This document shows positions 9,146 to 18,989 of a stretch of 51,469 nucleotides of DNA, one piece after another; position 1 is the first letter of the stretch, and each line of letters begins with the position of its first letter. Made by a program: the position numbers and the translations under genes. The notes under the pieces are model-generated. The model was not told where the DNA came from. It made no database searches and was given only the letters and a program-made list of their open reading frames with translations. The stretch spans positions 1 to 51,469 of the forward strand of contig JAFWFQ010000031.1 in the NCBI GenBank assembly GCA_017515535.1, given 5' to 3'. This DNA is from Parasporobacterium sp. Lineage in GTDB: Bacteria > Bacillota > Clostridia > Lachnospirales > Lachnospiraceae.

Positions 9146-9865
9146 ATGGATATATACAAAATCAATGATATTTACGAACTGATCAAGGACAATTCCTATG
9201 TCGGGCGCGGGATCATTACCGGAAAAAGCCCGGATGGAAAGAAAGCGGTTGGTGCTTATTTTATCATGGGCCGGAGTGCGAATTCGAGAAACCGTATCTT
9301 TTCCGAAAAGGACGGAACGATCATTACCGAACCGTTTGACGCGTCTAAAGTCGAAGATCCGAGCCTGATCATTTATACAGCAGTTCGGAAATATGAAAAC
9401 AACCTGATCCTGACGAACGGAGATCAGACCGATACGATCTATGAGGGCATGAAAGAAGGAAAGACGTTTACGGAAGCGCTCAAAAGCCGCGAGTTTGAAC
9501 CGGACGCTCCGAACTTTACGCCCCGCATCAGTTCAATGATCACCTTTAACGATAATGATTTTACTTATCAGATGAGTATATTAAAAAGCATTGATGCGGA
9601 AGGCAGCGCCTGCGCACGGTTTGGTTTTTCCTATCCTTCTATTGCGGGACTGGGTCATTTTATCCATACCTATGTCGGAGACGGAAATCCGATCCCGACC
9701 TTCCAGGGAGAACCTGAACGCATCGCTATCCCGGATGATATTGATGCTTTTACCGAATCCATCTGGCGGGGCCTGAATGAAGATAACAAGATCTCTCTTT
9801 ACGTAACCTATATAGACCTTGAGACAATGGAAGAAGAACATCGTCTGATCAACAAGAATGCTTAA
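9146..9865 (+). CDS. IMP cyclohydrolase, archaeal PurO-like type
   Basis: 239 aa. The N-terminal SYVGRGIITGKSPDGKKAVGAYFIMGRSANSRNRIF matches my memory of the stand-alone IMP_cyclohyd family. It sits directly before the AICARFT-only purH. Confidence 0.8.
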   Translation: MDIYKINDIYELIKDNSYVGRGIITGKSPDGKKAVGAYFIMGRSANSRNRIFSEKDGTIITEPFDASKVEDPSLIIYTAVRKYENNLILTNGDQTDTIYEGMKEGKTFTEALKSREFEPDAPNFTPRISSMITFNDNDFTYQMSILKSIDAEGSACARFGFSYPSIAGLGHFIHTYVGDGNPIPTFQGEPERIAIPDDIDAFTESIWRGLNEDNKISLYVTYIDLETMEEEHRLINKNA

Positions 9866-9879
9866 GGAGGAATAACCGG

Positions 9880-11064
9880 ATGAAAGAATTTGAACTCAAA
9901 TACGGATGCAACCCGAATCAGAAACCGGCGAAGATCTATATGCAGGATGGCAGCGAACTCCCGGTTAAGATCCTGAACGGGCGTCCGGGCTATATCAATT
10001 TCCTGGATGCGCTGAATTCCTATCAGCTTGTCAAAGAACTGAAGGCGGCTTTGAATATGCCGGCAGCAGCTTCTTTTAAACATGTCAGCCCGACTTCGGC
10101 AGCTGTCGGAACGATCCTTCCGGAGAAGCTGAAGAAGGCGTGCTTCGTTGATGATATTGAGGGACTGGATGATTCCCTGCTTGCCTGCGCTTATGCAAGA
10201 GCGAGAGGAACAGACCGTCTTTGTTCTTTTGGCGACTGGGTCGCTCTTTCGGATATCTGCGACAAGACAACGGCAGAGATCATTAAACGCGAAGTTTCCG
10301 ACGGTGTGATCGCACCGGGTTATGATGACGAGGCACTTGCGATCCTTAAAACGAAACGGGGCGGTAACTATAATGTTGTTGAGATCGATCCTTCTTATGT
10401 TCCGGACCCGCAGGAATGCAAGCAGGTCTATGGCGTAACGTTTGAGCAGGGCCGGAATAATTTTGAGATCAACCGCCAGCTGTTTGAGAATATCGTTACG
10501 GAAAACAAGGAACTTCCGGAAGAAGCCGTCAGGGATCTTATTATTGCTTTGATCACCCTGAAATATACACAGTCAAATTCTGTAGCTTATGCAGTAGACG
10601 GTCAGGCAATCGGTGTCGGTGCCGGTCAGCAGTCCCGGATCCACTGCACCAGACTTGCCGGATCCAAAGCGGATACATGGTTCCTGCGTCAAGCAGATCA
10701 GGTTCTGAATCTTCCGTTTAAGGCAGAAGTTTCCAGACCGGAGAGAGATAACGTCATTGACGGATATATTAACCAGAACGAAGAAGATGTCTGCGCGGAC
10801 GGAAACTGGCAGAAGTATTTTACGGAGCAGCCGAAACCTTTCACCGCAGAAGAGAAAGCAGCATACCTTGCTACCTGCAGTGATGTTGCGCTCGGATCGG
10901 ATGCCTTTTTCCCGTTCAGCGATAATGTTGAACGCGCAAAAAGAAGCGGCGTAAAATATATTGCTGAGCCGGGCGGTTCGATCCGCGATGACGCAGTGAT
11001 CGAGACCTGCAACAAATATGGAATCGTCATGTGCTTTACCGGCATGCGGCTGTTCCATCACTAA
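9880..11064 (+). CDS. purH: AICAR formyltransferase (PurH C-terminal domain only)
   Basis: 394 aa starting MKEFELKYGCNPNQ. It lacks the MGS-like IMP cyclohydrolase domain of bifunctional PurH. Contains GVGAGQQSR and SDAFFPF. Confidence 0.85.
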   Translation: MKEFELKYGCNPNQKPAKIYMQDGSELPVKILNGRPGYINFLDALNSYQLVKELKAALNMPAAASFKHVSPTSAAVGTILPEKLKKACFVDDIEGLDDSLLACAYARARGTDRLCSFGDWVALSDICDKTTAEIIKREVSDGVIAPGYDDEALAILKTKRGGNYNVVEIDPSYVPDPQECKQVYGVTFEQGRNNFEINRQLFENIVTENKELPEEAVRDLIIALITLKYTQSNSVAYAVDGQAIGVGAGQQSRIHCTRLAGSKADTWFLRQADQVLNLPFKAEVSRPERDNVIDGYINQNEEDVCADGNWQKYFTEQPKPFTAEEKAAYLATCSDVALGSDAFFPFSDNVERAKRSGVKYIAEPGGSIRDDAVIETCNKYGIVMCFTGMRLFHH

Positions 11065-11098
11065 AACAATGGAACTACTGGAATAAGGAGATGAGCAA

Positions 11099-12367
11099 AT
11101 GAAGGTTATGGTTGTCGGCGGTGGCGGAAGAGAACATGCCATCATCAAGAAGTTAAAAGAGAATAAAACGATCGAAACGATCTATGCACTTCCCGGAAAC
11201 GGCGGGATCGCAAAGGACGCGGAGTGTGTTGCGATCGCAGCAACAGATCTTGAAAAGATCACCGCGTTCGCAAAAGAAAACGCAGTTGATTACGCAGTCG
11301 TAGCGCCGGATGATCCGCTGGTTGCCGGGCTGGTTGATGAATTGAACGCAGTCGGGATCCCCTGTTTCGGACCGGATAAAAAAGCGGCTATTATCGAAGG
11401 AAGCAAGGTCTTTTCGAAAGATCTGATGAAAAAATACAAGATCCCGACAGCGCAGTATGAGACCTTTGACAATGCGGAGGAGGCTCTCCGGTATATTGAA
11501 ACCTCGGAGATCCCTGTTGTTGTCAAGGCGGACGGACTTGCGCTTGGAAAGGGCGTTATCATTGCCCAGACGAGAGAAGAAGCCAGAGATGCCGTAAAGA
11601 GCATTATGGAAGATAAGAAGTTCGGAAAAAGCGGTGACAAGATCGTTGTTGAGGAATTCCTGACAGGTCCGGAGGTTTCTGTCCTCTCCTTTACGGATGG
11701 AAAGAAGGTCGTTCCGATGATCTCTTCCATGGACCATAAAAGAGCAAAGGATAACGATGAGGGACTGAATACCGGAGGCATGGGAACGGTTGCCCCGAAT
11801 CCCTACTATACGGAAGAGGTCGCGAAGGAATGCATGGAGACGATCTTCCTTCCGACGATCGAGGCAATGAATAAGGAAGGCAGGACCTTTAAAGGCTGCC
11901 TGTATTTCGGACTGATGCTTACGGAAAAAGGGCCAAAGGTAATTGAATACAATTGCCGGTTCGGTGATCCGGAGACGCAGGTCGTCCTTCCGCTTTTGGA
12001 CAGTGATCTTCTTACGATCATGCAGGCGGTTACGAAGGAAGAACTGACGGAAGAAATGGTACAGTTCAGCAGCAAGAGTGCAGCCTGCGTTATTATGGCT
12101 TCTGACGGATATCCGGCATCTTATGAAAAAGGATATGAGATCACGATCCCTGAAGAAGTTGCAGATAATGTATATGTAGCGGGTGCAAAGCTTGAGGACG
12201 GAAAACTTTTAACATCCGGAGGAAGAGTTCTCGGCGTCACAGCTGTTGCAGATGATTTAAAGAGTGCGCTGAAAGAAGCGTATGAAATGGTTGATAAAGT
12301 TTCTTTCGGAAACGCATACTACAGACACGATATCGGGCAAAGAGCCCTTAAGGCATTGGAGGACTAG
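11099..12367 (+). CDS. purD: phosphoribosylamine-glycine ligase
   Basis: 422 aa with MKVMVVGGGGREHAI and an ATP-grasp body (KADGLALGKGV, EYNCRFGDPE). Confidence 0.95.
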   Translation: MKVMVVGGGGREHAIIKKLKENKTIETIYALPGNGGIAKDAECVAIAATDLEKITAFAKENAVDYAVVAPDDPLVAGLVDELNAVGIPCFGPDKKAAIIEGSKVFSKDLMKKYKIPTAQYETFDNAEEALRYIETSEIPVVVKADGLALGKGVIIAQTREEARDAVKSIMEDKKFGKSGDKIVVEEFLTGPEVSVLSFTDGKKVVPMISSMDHKRAKDNDEGLNTGGMGTVAPNPYYTEEVAKECMETIFLPTIEAMNKEGRTFKGCLYFGLMLTEKGPKVIEYNCRFGDPETQVVLPLLDSDLLTIMQAVTKEELTEEMVQFSSKSAACVIMASDGYPASYEKGYEITIPEEVADNVYVAGAKLEDGKLLTSGGRVLGVTAVADDLKSALKEAYEMVDKVSFGNAYYRHDIGQRALKALED

Positions 12368-12368
12368 A

Positions 12369-15300
12369 ATGGTCTACAGAATTTACGTTGAAAAAAAGAA
12401 AGAATATGCACATGAGGCATCCAAACTGTTTTCAGAAGCAACTGAACTGCTCGGGATCACGTCGCTCGAAGAGGTCCGCGTCCTGAACCGGTATGATGCG
12501 GAGGATATGGATTCGGATCTTTTTGAATCGGCGATCCGGACCGTTTTCTCAGAACCGCAGGTCGATATCGCATCCAGAGAAGTTGATCTTTCCGGCTATA
12601 CGGTTTTCGCAGTAGAGTATCTGCCCGGCCAGTTTGATCAGAGAGCGGACTCTGCGGCACAGTGTATCCAGATCATTTCCCAGGGAGAACGCCCCCTGAT
12701 CCGGTCCGCAACGGTTTATGCGCTGAAAGGGGATTTAAAGCCGGAAGAACTTGAGGAGATCAAAAAATATGTGATCAACCCGGTAGAAGCAAGAGAAGCT
12801 TCTCTTGAGATCCCTGAGACGTTGAAAACCGATTATGAGATCCCGGAGACAGTAGATACTTTAGAGGGCTTTCGGGAAATGGACCGCGAGACATTAAAGG
12901 GAATGATCAAAGAGTTTGGCCTTGCGATGGATCTGGATGATCTGGAATTTTTCCGGGATTATTTTGTAACGGAGAAACGGGATCCGACCGTCACAGAACT
13001 GAAACTGGTCGATACCTATTGGTCGGATCACTGCCGCCACACGACGTTCCAGACGATCATTGATGAGATTCATTTCGAGGATGAACTGCTCCAGAAAGCA
13101 TATGAGACTTATCTTGATACCAGAAAAGAACTGGGCAGGGAAAAGCCGGTCTGCCTTATGGATATTGCAACGCTTGCAGTCAAATATCTCAGAAAACACG
13201 GAAAGCTTGATAAACTGGATGAGTCTGAAGAAATCAACGCATGCACCGTCAAAATGGAAATTGAAACGGACGGAGTAAAAGAACCGTGGCTGTTATTGTT
13301 TAAAAATGAAACGCATAACCATCCGACGGAGATCGAGCCATTCGGCGGGGCCGCAACCTGTGTCGGAGGCGCGATCCGTGATCCTCTATCCGGAAGATCC
13401 TATGTTTACGGAGCGATGCGCCTGACCGGCGCTGCGGATCCGACGGTCCCGGTTTCTGAAACGATCCCCGGAAAGCTGCCTCAGCGCAAGATCGTAACGA
13501 CTGCGGCAAACGGATACTCTTCTTACGGAAACCAGATCGGTCTTGCAACAGGAATTGTAGATGAACTTTATCATCCGGGATATGCGGCAAAGCATATGGA
13601 GATCGGTGCAGTTATTGCGGCGGCTCCCGCGGAGAATGTAAGACGTGAAGTGCCGGCTCCGGGAGATGTTGTGATCCTTCTCGGCGGTTCAACCGGACGG
13701 GATGGTGTCGGAGGAGCAACCGGTTCATCCAAAGCACATGATGTCCATTCTGTTGAGACCTGCGGCGCGGAAGTACAGAAAGGAAATGCTCCGGAAGAAA
13801 GAAAACTCCAGAGACTGTTCCGGAATCCGGTCGCGAGCCGGATGATCAAGCGCTGTAATGATTTCGGCGCCGGCGGAGTTTCTGTAGCAATCGGTGAGCT
13901 CGCGGACGGTCTCGTGATCGACCTGAATGCGGTGCCGAAAAAATATGACGGCCTGGACGGAACCGAACTTGCGATCTCCGAATCCCAGGAGCGTATGGCG
14001 GTCGTTGTTGAGGCAAAAGATGTTGAGGCTTTTCTTGCTCTTGCAAAAGAAGAAAACCTTCAGGCCTGCCCGGTTGCGAAGGTTCAGGAAGATCCGCGTC
14101 TTGTTATGAACTGGAACGGAAACCGGATCGTAGATATCAGCCGGAAATTCCTTGATTCTAACGGAGCAGAGAAACATATCCGGATCGAAACGGAGAAACT
14201 TTCGGCTCCGGAAAAGAAGATCGAAGGAAGTTTTACGGACAATCTGAAAATGGCTGCCACCGATCTTAATTCCTGTTCCAAACGGGGACTGGCGGAGCGT
14301 TTCGATTCAACGATAGGCGCCGGAACGGTCCTGATGCCGTTCGGCGGCAAGTACCAGCTGACTCCGTCCCAGGCGATGGTACAAAAAATCTCGGTAGAGA
14401 AAAAACATACGAATGACTGCTCCCTGATGGCATGGGGGTACAATCCTTATATAGCGGAGGCAAGCCCCTATCATGGTGCTTACCTTGCGGTTGTTGAATC
14501 CGTCTGTAAGCTGGTTGCTTCCGGAGCGGAATTTAAAGATGTTTACCTGAGCTTCCAGGAGTATTTTAAGAAGCCGGGAACCAACAGTAAAAACTGGGGA
14601 CAGCCGCTGGCTGCTCTTTTAGGAGCATTTATTGCTCAGATGAAACTTGGAATCGGCGCGATCGGAGGAAAGGATTCCATGAGCGGATCCTTTGAGGATC
14701 TGCATGTTCCGCCGACGCTTGTCTCGTTTGCGGTAACAACAGAAAAGGCGGATCACATTATATCGGATGACATGAAAAAAGCCGGTGATCCGGTCTATCT
14801 CCTTGCTCCGAAACGCGATGAGCAGGGACTTCCGGATGCGGACTCACTCCTTGCTTTGTTTAAGAAAGTGACAGGTCTGATGCGTGACGGGAAGATCGTC
14901 TCCTGCTATACTCCGGGACCGTTCGGAATCGGAGAGGCTGTGATGAAGATGGCCTTTGGAAACGGATTCGGCTTCCGCTTCACGGATGCCCTTGATGTTC
15001 CGGAACTTTTCGATTACAGCTATGGCGCGTTCATCGCAGAAGCAACGGAACCGCTCGAAGGAGAGGTCCTTTTAGGAACCGTTACGGATGACGGACTCTT
15101 TACCTATAAAGAGGAAACCGTTTCCGCAGAGGAAATCTTAACGCTTTATGAAGATAAGCTGGAAGATATTTATAACTGTAATATCCCGGGACCGGAAGGA
15201 AATCTGGAGAATTTCTCTTTCACCGCTGAGGTATATCCGTCTCCGGCTGTAAAAACAGAGAAACCGAAGGTGCTGATCCCTGCATTTCCGGGAACCAACT

Positions 15301-16058
15301 GTGAATATGATAGTGCGAAAGCAGTTGCTGATGCCGGCGCCGAACCGGAGATCATTGTGATCAACAATCTGACTTCCGCTGGAATCACTGCTTCCGTCGA
15401 AAAATTTGCAAAAGAACTTGAGTCGGCCCAGATGATTTTTATCCCGGGAGGCTTTTCCGGAGGCGACGAGCCGGATGGCAGCGGAAAATTCATTACTGCC
15501 TTTTTCCGGAACGGCAAGATCAAAGATGGCGTTACAAGGCTTTTAGAGGAACGGGACGGATTGATCTGCGGTATCTGTAACGGATTCCAGGCACTGATCA
15601 AGCTTGGCCTTGTTCCTTACGGAAAGATCATTGATACGGATGAGACTTGTCCGACTCTGACCTATAATACGATCGCAAGACATCAAAGCCGGATCGTCCG
15701 GACAAGGATCAGCTCCAATAAATCTCCTTGGCTGAGCCTGATGAAGACCGGTGATATTGTCAATGTTCCGATCTCTCATGGAGAAGGAAGGTTTATTGCA
15801 GAAGAAGATCTGATCCGGAAACTTGCGGAAAACGGTCAGATCGCGACGCAGTATGTAGACCTTGACGGAAATGCGACAATGGATGTCCACTTTAATCCGA
15901 ACGGGTCCATGTACGCGATAGAAGGAATTACCTCTCCGGACGGCCGTGTCTTTGGTAAAATGGGGCACAGCGAACGAATCGGAGAAGGCCTGTATAAAAA
16001 CGTTCCGGGGAACTATGATATCCGGATGTTTGAGGCCGCGGTCCGCTACTTCCGTTAA
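12369..16058 (+). CDS. purL: phosphoribosylformylglycinamidine synthase, single-chain large form
   Basis: Track ORF opens at 12282 inside purD. The in-frame ATG at 12369 (MVYRIYVEKKKEY) lies 1 nt after the purD stop. Has FGAM synthase domains plus a C-terminal GATase (GICNGFQAL). Confidence 0.95.
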   Translation: MVYRIYVEKKKEYAHEASKLFSEATELLGITSLEEVRVLNRYDAEDMDSDLFESAIRTVFSEPQVDIASREVDLSGYTVFAVEYLPGQFDQRADSAAQCIQIISQGERPLIRSATVYALKGDLKPEELEEIKKYVINPVEAREASLEIPETLKTDYEIPETVDTLEGFREMDRETLKGMIKEFGLAMDLDDLEFFRDYFVTEKRDPTVTELKLVDTYWSDHCRHTTFQTIIDEIHFEDELLQKAYETYLDTRKELGREKPVCLMDIATLAVKYLRKHGKLDKLDESEEINACTVKMEIETDGVKEPWLLLFKNETHNHPTEIEPFGGAATCVGGAIRDPLSGRSYVYGAMRLTGAADPTVPVSETIPGKLPQRKIVTTAANGYSSYGNQIGLATGIVDELYHPGYAAKHMEIGAVIAAAPAENVRREVPAPGDVVILLGGSTGRDGVGGATGSSKAHDVHSVETCGAEVQKGNAPEERKLQRLFRNPVASRMIKRCNDFGAGGVSVAIGELADGLVIDLNAVPKKYDGLDGTELAISESQERMAVVVEAKDVEAFLALAKEENLQACPVAKVQEDPRLVMNWNGNRIVDISRKFLDSNGAEKHIRIETEKLSAPEKKIEGSFTDNLKMAATDLNSCSKRGLAERFDSTIGAGTVLMPFGGKYQLTPSQAMVQKISVEKKHTNDCSLMAWGYNPYIAEASPYHGAYLAVVESVCKLVASGAEFKDVYLSFQEYFKKPGTNSKNWGQPLAALLGAFIAQMKLGIGAIGGKDSMSGSFEDLHVPPTLVSFAVTTEKADHIISDDMKKAGDPVYLLAPKRDEQGLPDADSLLALFKKVTGLMRDGKIVSCYTPGPFGIGEAVMKMAFGNGFGFRFTDALDVPELFDYSYGAFIAEATEPLEGEVLLGTVTDDGLFTYKEETVSAEEILTLYEDKLEDIYNCNIPGPEGNLENFSFTAEVYPSPAVKTEKPKVLIPAFPGTNCEYDSAKAVADAGAEPEIIVINNLTSAGITASVEKFAKELESAQMIFIPGGFSGGDEPDGSGKFITAFFRNGKIKDGVTRLLEERDGLICGICNGFQALIKLGLVPYGKIIDTDETCPTLTYNTIARHQSRIVRTRISSNKSPWLSLMKTGDIVNVPISHGEGRFIAEEDLIRKLAENGQIATQYVDLDGNATMDVHFNPNGSMYAIEGITSPDGRVFGKMGHSERIGEGLYKNVPGNYDIRMFEAAVRYFR

Positions 16059-16134
16059 ATGCCGGTTAGACATGACACCTAAAATTGTTACAATATTTTG
16101 TGCATTTTTTAACTTCGTAAAGAAAAATTAACAA

Positions 16135-16290
16135 TTATATATGACAAAATGACTTTATCTTTTGTGTAAAATGTATTATCATAATGTCATATATAACAAA
16201 AAACTGTGAAAAAAATGTACAAATGTTGCAACTGGCTTATTTTAAATCATAAAATAAGTTAACAAAATGTCCACATAATGGTCATATATG
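16135..16290. promoter_or_regulatory. three copies of an ATAATGTCATATAT-like motif upstream of the PucR-like gene
   Basis: TTATATATGACA at 16135-16146 is the inverted partner of TGTCATATATAA at 16185-16196. ATAATGTCATATATAA (16181-16196) recurs as ATAATGGTCATATATG (16275-16290) with a 1-nt insertion. Confidence 0.35.
16226..16255 (+). promoter_or_regulatory. candidate sigma-A promoter (TTGCAA-18-TAAAAT)
   Basis: TTGCAA at 16226-16231 and TAAAAT at 16250-16255, about 45 nt upstream of the ATG at 16300. Pattern match only. Confidence 0.35.
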
Positions 16291-16299
16291 AGGTGTATC

Positions 16300-17382
16300 A
16301 TGATTTCTAATCAGCTTTTACAGAAGACATTGGACGAAATGAAAGCAATTACAGAAAAGGATATGGCCGTCTTTGACACGGACGGCCATATGTCTGCCGA
16401 AACGGTCAGGAATTTATCAATTGATCAAAGGAAGCTTTTCGATTTTTACGAATCTTCCAGAGAGTATAAAGAGATTCCTGACTTTCAGTTATTTAAGATT
16501 CAGGATGAAGGCAGGAACGAATATATTCTTGCCGTAAAAGGCAGCTCCTCCAGTTCTGAACTGGTTGGCCGGATGGTCAAGTACCAGATCGAAAAGATGC
16601 TTTCGGAATACAAGGAGAAATTTGATAAAGACAATTTTATCAAGTCGCTCCTGGCGGACAATCTTCTTCTTGTTGATATTTTTGACAGATCCAGAAAATT
16701 ACATATCGAGCTTGAAGCAAAACGGATCGTCTTTCTCGTACGGATGGATAAGAAGAACCAGGATGATGCAATCGGGACTCTTAAGAATATCTTCAGCGAG
16801 AAAGAAGATTTTGTTACGGCAATTGATAAAAAGAAGATCATTGTCGTCAAACAGCTCCTCGAAAAGGAAGAGGATGTTTATTCCATCGCGCGTAATATGC
16901 TGAATGCGTTAAAGAGCGATATTGACGACGATGTTACGATTGCTTACGGAACGATCGTGAAAGATCTCAAAGAGGTTTCGAGATCTTATAAAGAAGCAAA
17001 GATGGCGCTTGATGTCGGGGATATCTTCTTCAGTGAACGCCGGATCAACCCCTATGAGACGCTTGGGATCGGCCGTCTGATCTACCAGCTTCCGATGCCG
17101 CTCTGCAAGCTCTTTATCAATGAAATCTTTAAAGATATCTCACCGCTGGATCTTGATGAGGAAACGATTGAAACGATCAACAAGTTTTTCGAAAATTCGC
17201 TCAATGTGTCTGAAACATCACGCCAGCTTTTTATTCACAGAAATACCCTGGTGTACAGACTGGATAAGATCCAGAAAATGACCGGATTGGATCTTCGCGT
17301 TTTTGATGACGCGATAACCTTTAAGATTGCCCTCATGGTCTCCAGTTACATGCAATATGTAGAACAGCTGGAATACAAATAA
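16300..17382 (+). CDS. PucR/CdaR-like transcriptional regulator
   Basis: Track ORF 16288..17382. GAGGTG precedes the second ATG (16300). The C-terminal HTH (SLNVSETSRQLFIHRNTLVYRLDKIQKMTGLDL) is typical of PucR C-terminal domains. Confidence 0.75.
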   Translation: MISNQLLQKTLDEMKAITEKDMAVFDTDGHMSAETVRNLSIDQRKLFDFYESSREYKEIPDFQLFKIQDEGRNEYILAVKGSSSSSELVGRMVKYQIEKMLSEYKEKFDKDNFIKSLLADNLLLVDIFDRSRKLHIELEAKRIVFLVRMDKKNQDDAIGTLKNIFSEKEDFVTAIDKKKIIVVKQLLEKEEDVYSIARNMLNALKSDIDDDVTIAYGTIVKDLKEVSRSYKEAKMALDVGDIFFSERRINPYETLGIGRLIYQLPMPLCKLFINEIFKDISPLDLDEETIETINKFFENSLNVSETSRQLFIHRNTLVYRLDKIQKMTGLDLRVFDDAITFKIALMVSSYMQYVEQLEYK

Positions 17383-17394
17383 ACGGAGGATACT

Positions 17395-18084
17395 ATGATA
17401 AGACTCGAAAATGTTTCAATGACTTATGATGATCAGCATACCTATGCGCTGAATCATGTAAGCCTTACGATCGAGGATGGTGAATTTGTTTTTATCGTCG
17501 GAGATTCCGGCGCAGGAAAAACGACCCTGTTTAAGCTGCTGATCAAAGAGATGCAGCCGACATCCGGGGAGATTTTCGTAAACGGAAAAGCAGTGACCCG
17601 TCTCCGCCGCAGAAAGATCCCGATGCTCCGGAGAGAGATCGGTGTTGTCTTTCAGAATTTCCGCCTCTTAAAAGACCGGAATGTTTATGAGAATATCGCG
17701 TTTGCACAGAGAGCGATCTCCGCGCCGACAAAAGATATCAATAAAAATGTTGCAGAAGTACTTACGTTAACAGGAATCTCGGAAAAATACAGATCTTTCC
17801 CGGACCAGCTTTCCGGTGGAGAGCAGCAGAGGGTCGCGCTTGCAAGAGCGTTGGTCAATAAGCCGAGCATTCTCCTGGCCGATGAGCCGACCGGTAACCT
17901 CGATCCCGGAAATTCGCGCGCGATCATGGAGATCTTAGAAGAGATCAACCGCCGCGGAACAACGGTCATTGTTGTTACCCATAACCATGAGATCGTCCGG
18001 ATGATGAACAAGCGTGTCATCAACCTGAAAAACGGAATGGTTGCAAACGATATTCAGGAAGGAGGGTTAGCTTATGAAAGGTAA
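17395..18084 (+). CDS. ftsE: cell-division ABC ATPase FtsE
   Basis: 229 aa with Walker A GDSGAGKTT, signature LSGGEQQRV and Walker B ILLADEPT. Overlaps the downstream ftsX. Confidence 0.9.
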   Translation: MIRLENVSMTYDDQHTYALNHVSLTIEDGEFVFIVGDSGAGKTTLFKLLIKEMQPTSGEIFVNGKAVTRLRRRKIPMLRREIGVVFQNFRLLKDRNVYENIAFAQRAISAPTKDINKNVAEVLTLTGISEKYRSFPDQLSGGEQQRVALARALVNKPSILLADEPTGNLDPGNSRAIMEILEEINRRGTTVIVVTHNHEIVRMMNKRVINLKNGMVANDIQEGGLAYER

Positions 18085-18982
18085 TTCTTTCTTCTATTGC
18101 CTTGGACAGGGATTCAAGGGAATCAAACGAAATAAAGTCTTTTTCCTTGCGTCGGTTGCAACGATCGCGGCCTGTGTCTTTATGGTTGGGATCCTTCTTG
18201 CAGTCATGATGAATATTAACTTTGTTTTGAAAGAAGCACAGGATTCCGTCAGCATCACTGTTTTCTTTGATGAGGATCTGAATGAAGCTGAAATCAAAGA
18301 GATCGGAAAACGGATCGAAGCCTGGGAGGAAGTTTCCAAAATCGAGTTTATCTCTGCAGAGGATGTATGGGCAACTTTCAAGGAAAGCTATTTTAAAGAT
18401 AATCCGGAACTGGCGGAAGGCTTTGCAGGTGACAATCCGCTTGCAAGTTCAGCCTCCTATGCTGTCTATTTTAATGATATTGATCAGCAGAAGACGATCG
18501 TAGACAGATTATCATCCCTGACCGGAGTCCGGAAGGTCAATAGTTCAGAAGTGACTGCAAACGCACTCTCGGATGTCGGAAAGATCGTCAGTATTATTTC
18601 CCTTGTCATCGGAGTCGTTTTGTTCTGCGTTTCCGTATTCCTGATCTCCAATACGATAACGACCGGTATTACGGTCCGTTCGGAAGAGATCAAGATCATG
18701 AAATACGTCGGAGCGACAGACTTCTTTGTCAAATCGCCGTTTGTATTTGAAGGTATTATTATCGGTCTGATCGGAGCGATCATTCCGCTTGTGATCCTCT
18801 TCTTTGTATACCGCTCCGCGATCAGCTATATCGTAAACCAGTTTAATACGATCTCTGATGCGTTCTCGATGATGCCGATCGCTCAGGTCTTTACGATCCT
18901 GGTTCCGGTCGCACTTATCCTCGGAGCGGGAATCGGTTTGATCGGAAGTATTATTGCTACGAATAAATATATTAAGGTTTGA
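18074..18982 (+). CDS. ftsX: FtsX-like permease
   Basis: 302 aa with one TM, a large extracytoplasmic loop, then three C-terminal TMs. Overlaps ftsE by 11 nt. Confidence 0.85.
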   Translation: MKGNSFFYCLGQGFKGIKRNKVFFLASVATIAACVFMVGILLAVMMNINFVLKEAQDSVSITVFFDEDLNEAEIKEIGKRIEAWEEVSKIEFISAEDVWATFKESYFKDNPELAEGFAGDNPLASSASYAVYFNDIDQQKTIVDRLSSLTGVRKVNSSEVTANALSDVGKIVSIISLVIGVVLFCVSVFLISNTITTGITVRSEEIKIMKYVGATDFFVKSPFVFEGIIIGLIGAIIPLVILFFVYRSAISYIVNQFNTISDAFSMMPIAQVFTILVPVALILGAGIGLIGSIIATNKYIKV

Positions 18983-18989
18983 TCAGCTT

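Noticed and set aside
12282-12368. N-terminal extension of the purL ORF overlapping the end of purD (track start 12282).
   Set aside because: The extension is simply the purD 3' end read in another frame. A conserved-looking FGAM synthase N-terminus (MVYRIYVEKKKEY) starts at the ATG at 12369, 1 nt after the purD stop.
18954-18989. Upstream extension of the S41 protease ORF into ftsX.
   Set aside because: It is an alternative-start artefact of the track. The first ATG (18990) follows the ftsX stop and begins the Asn-rich tail.
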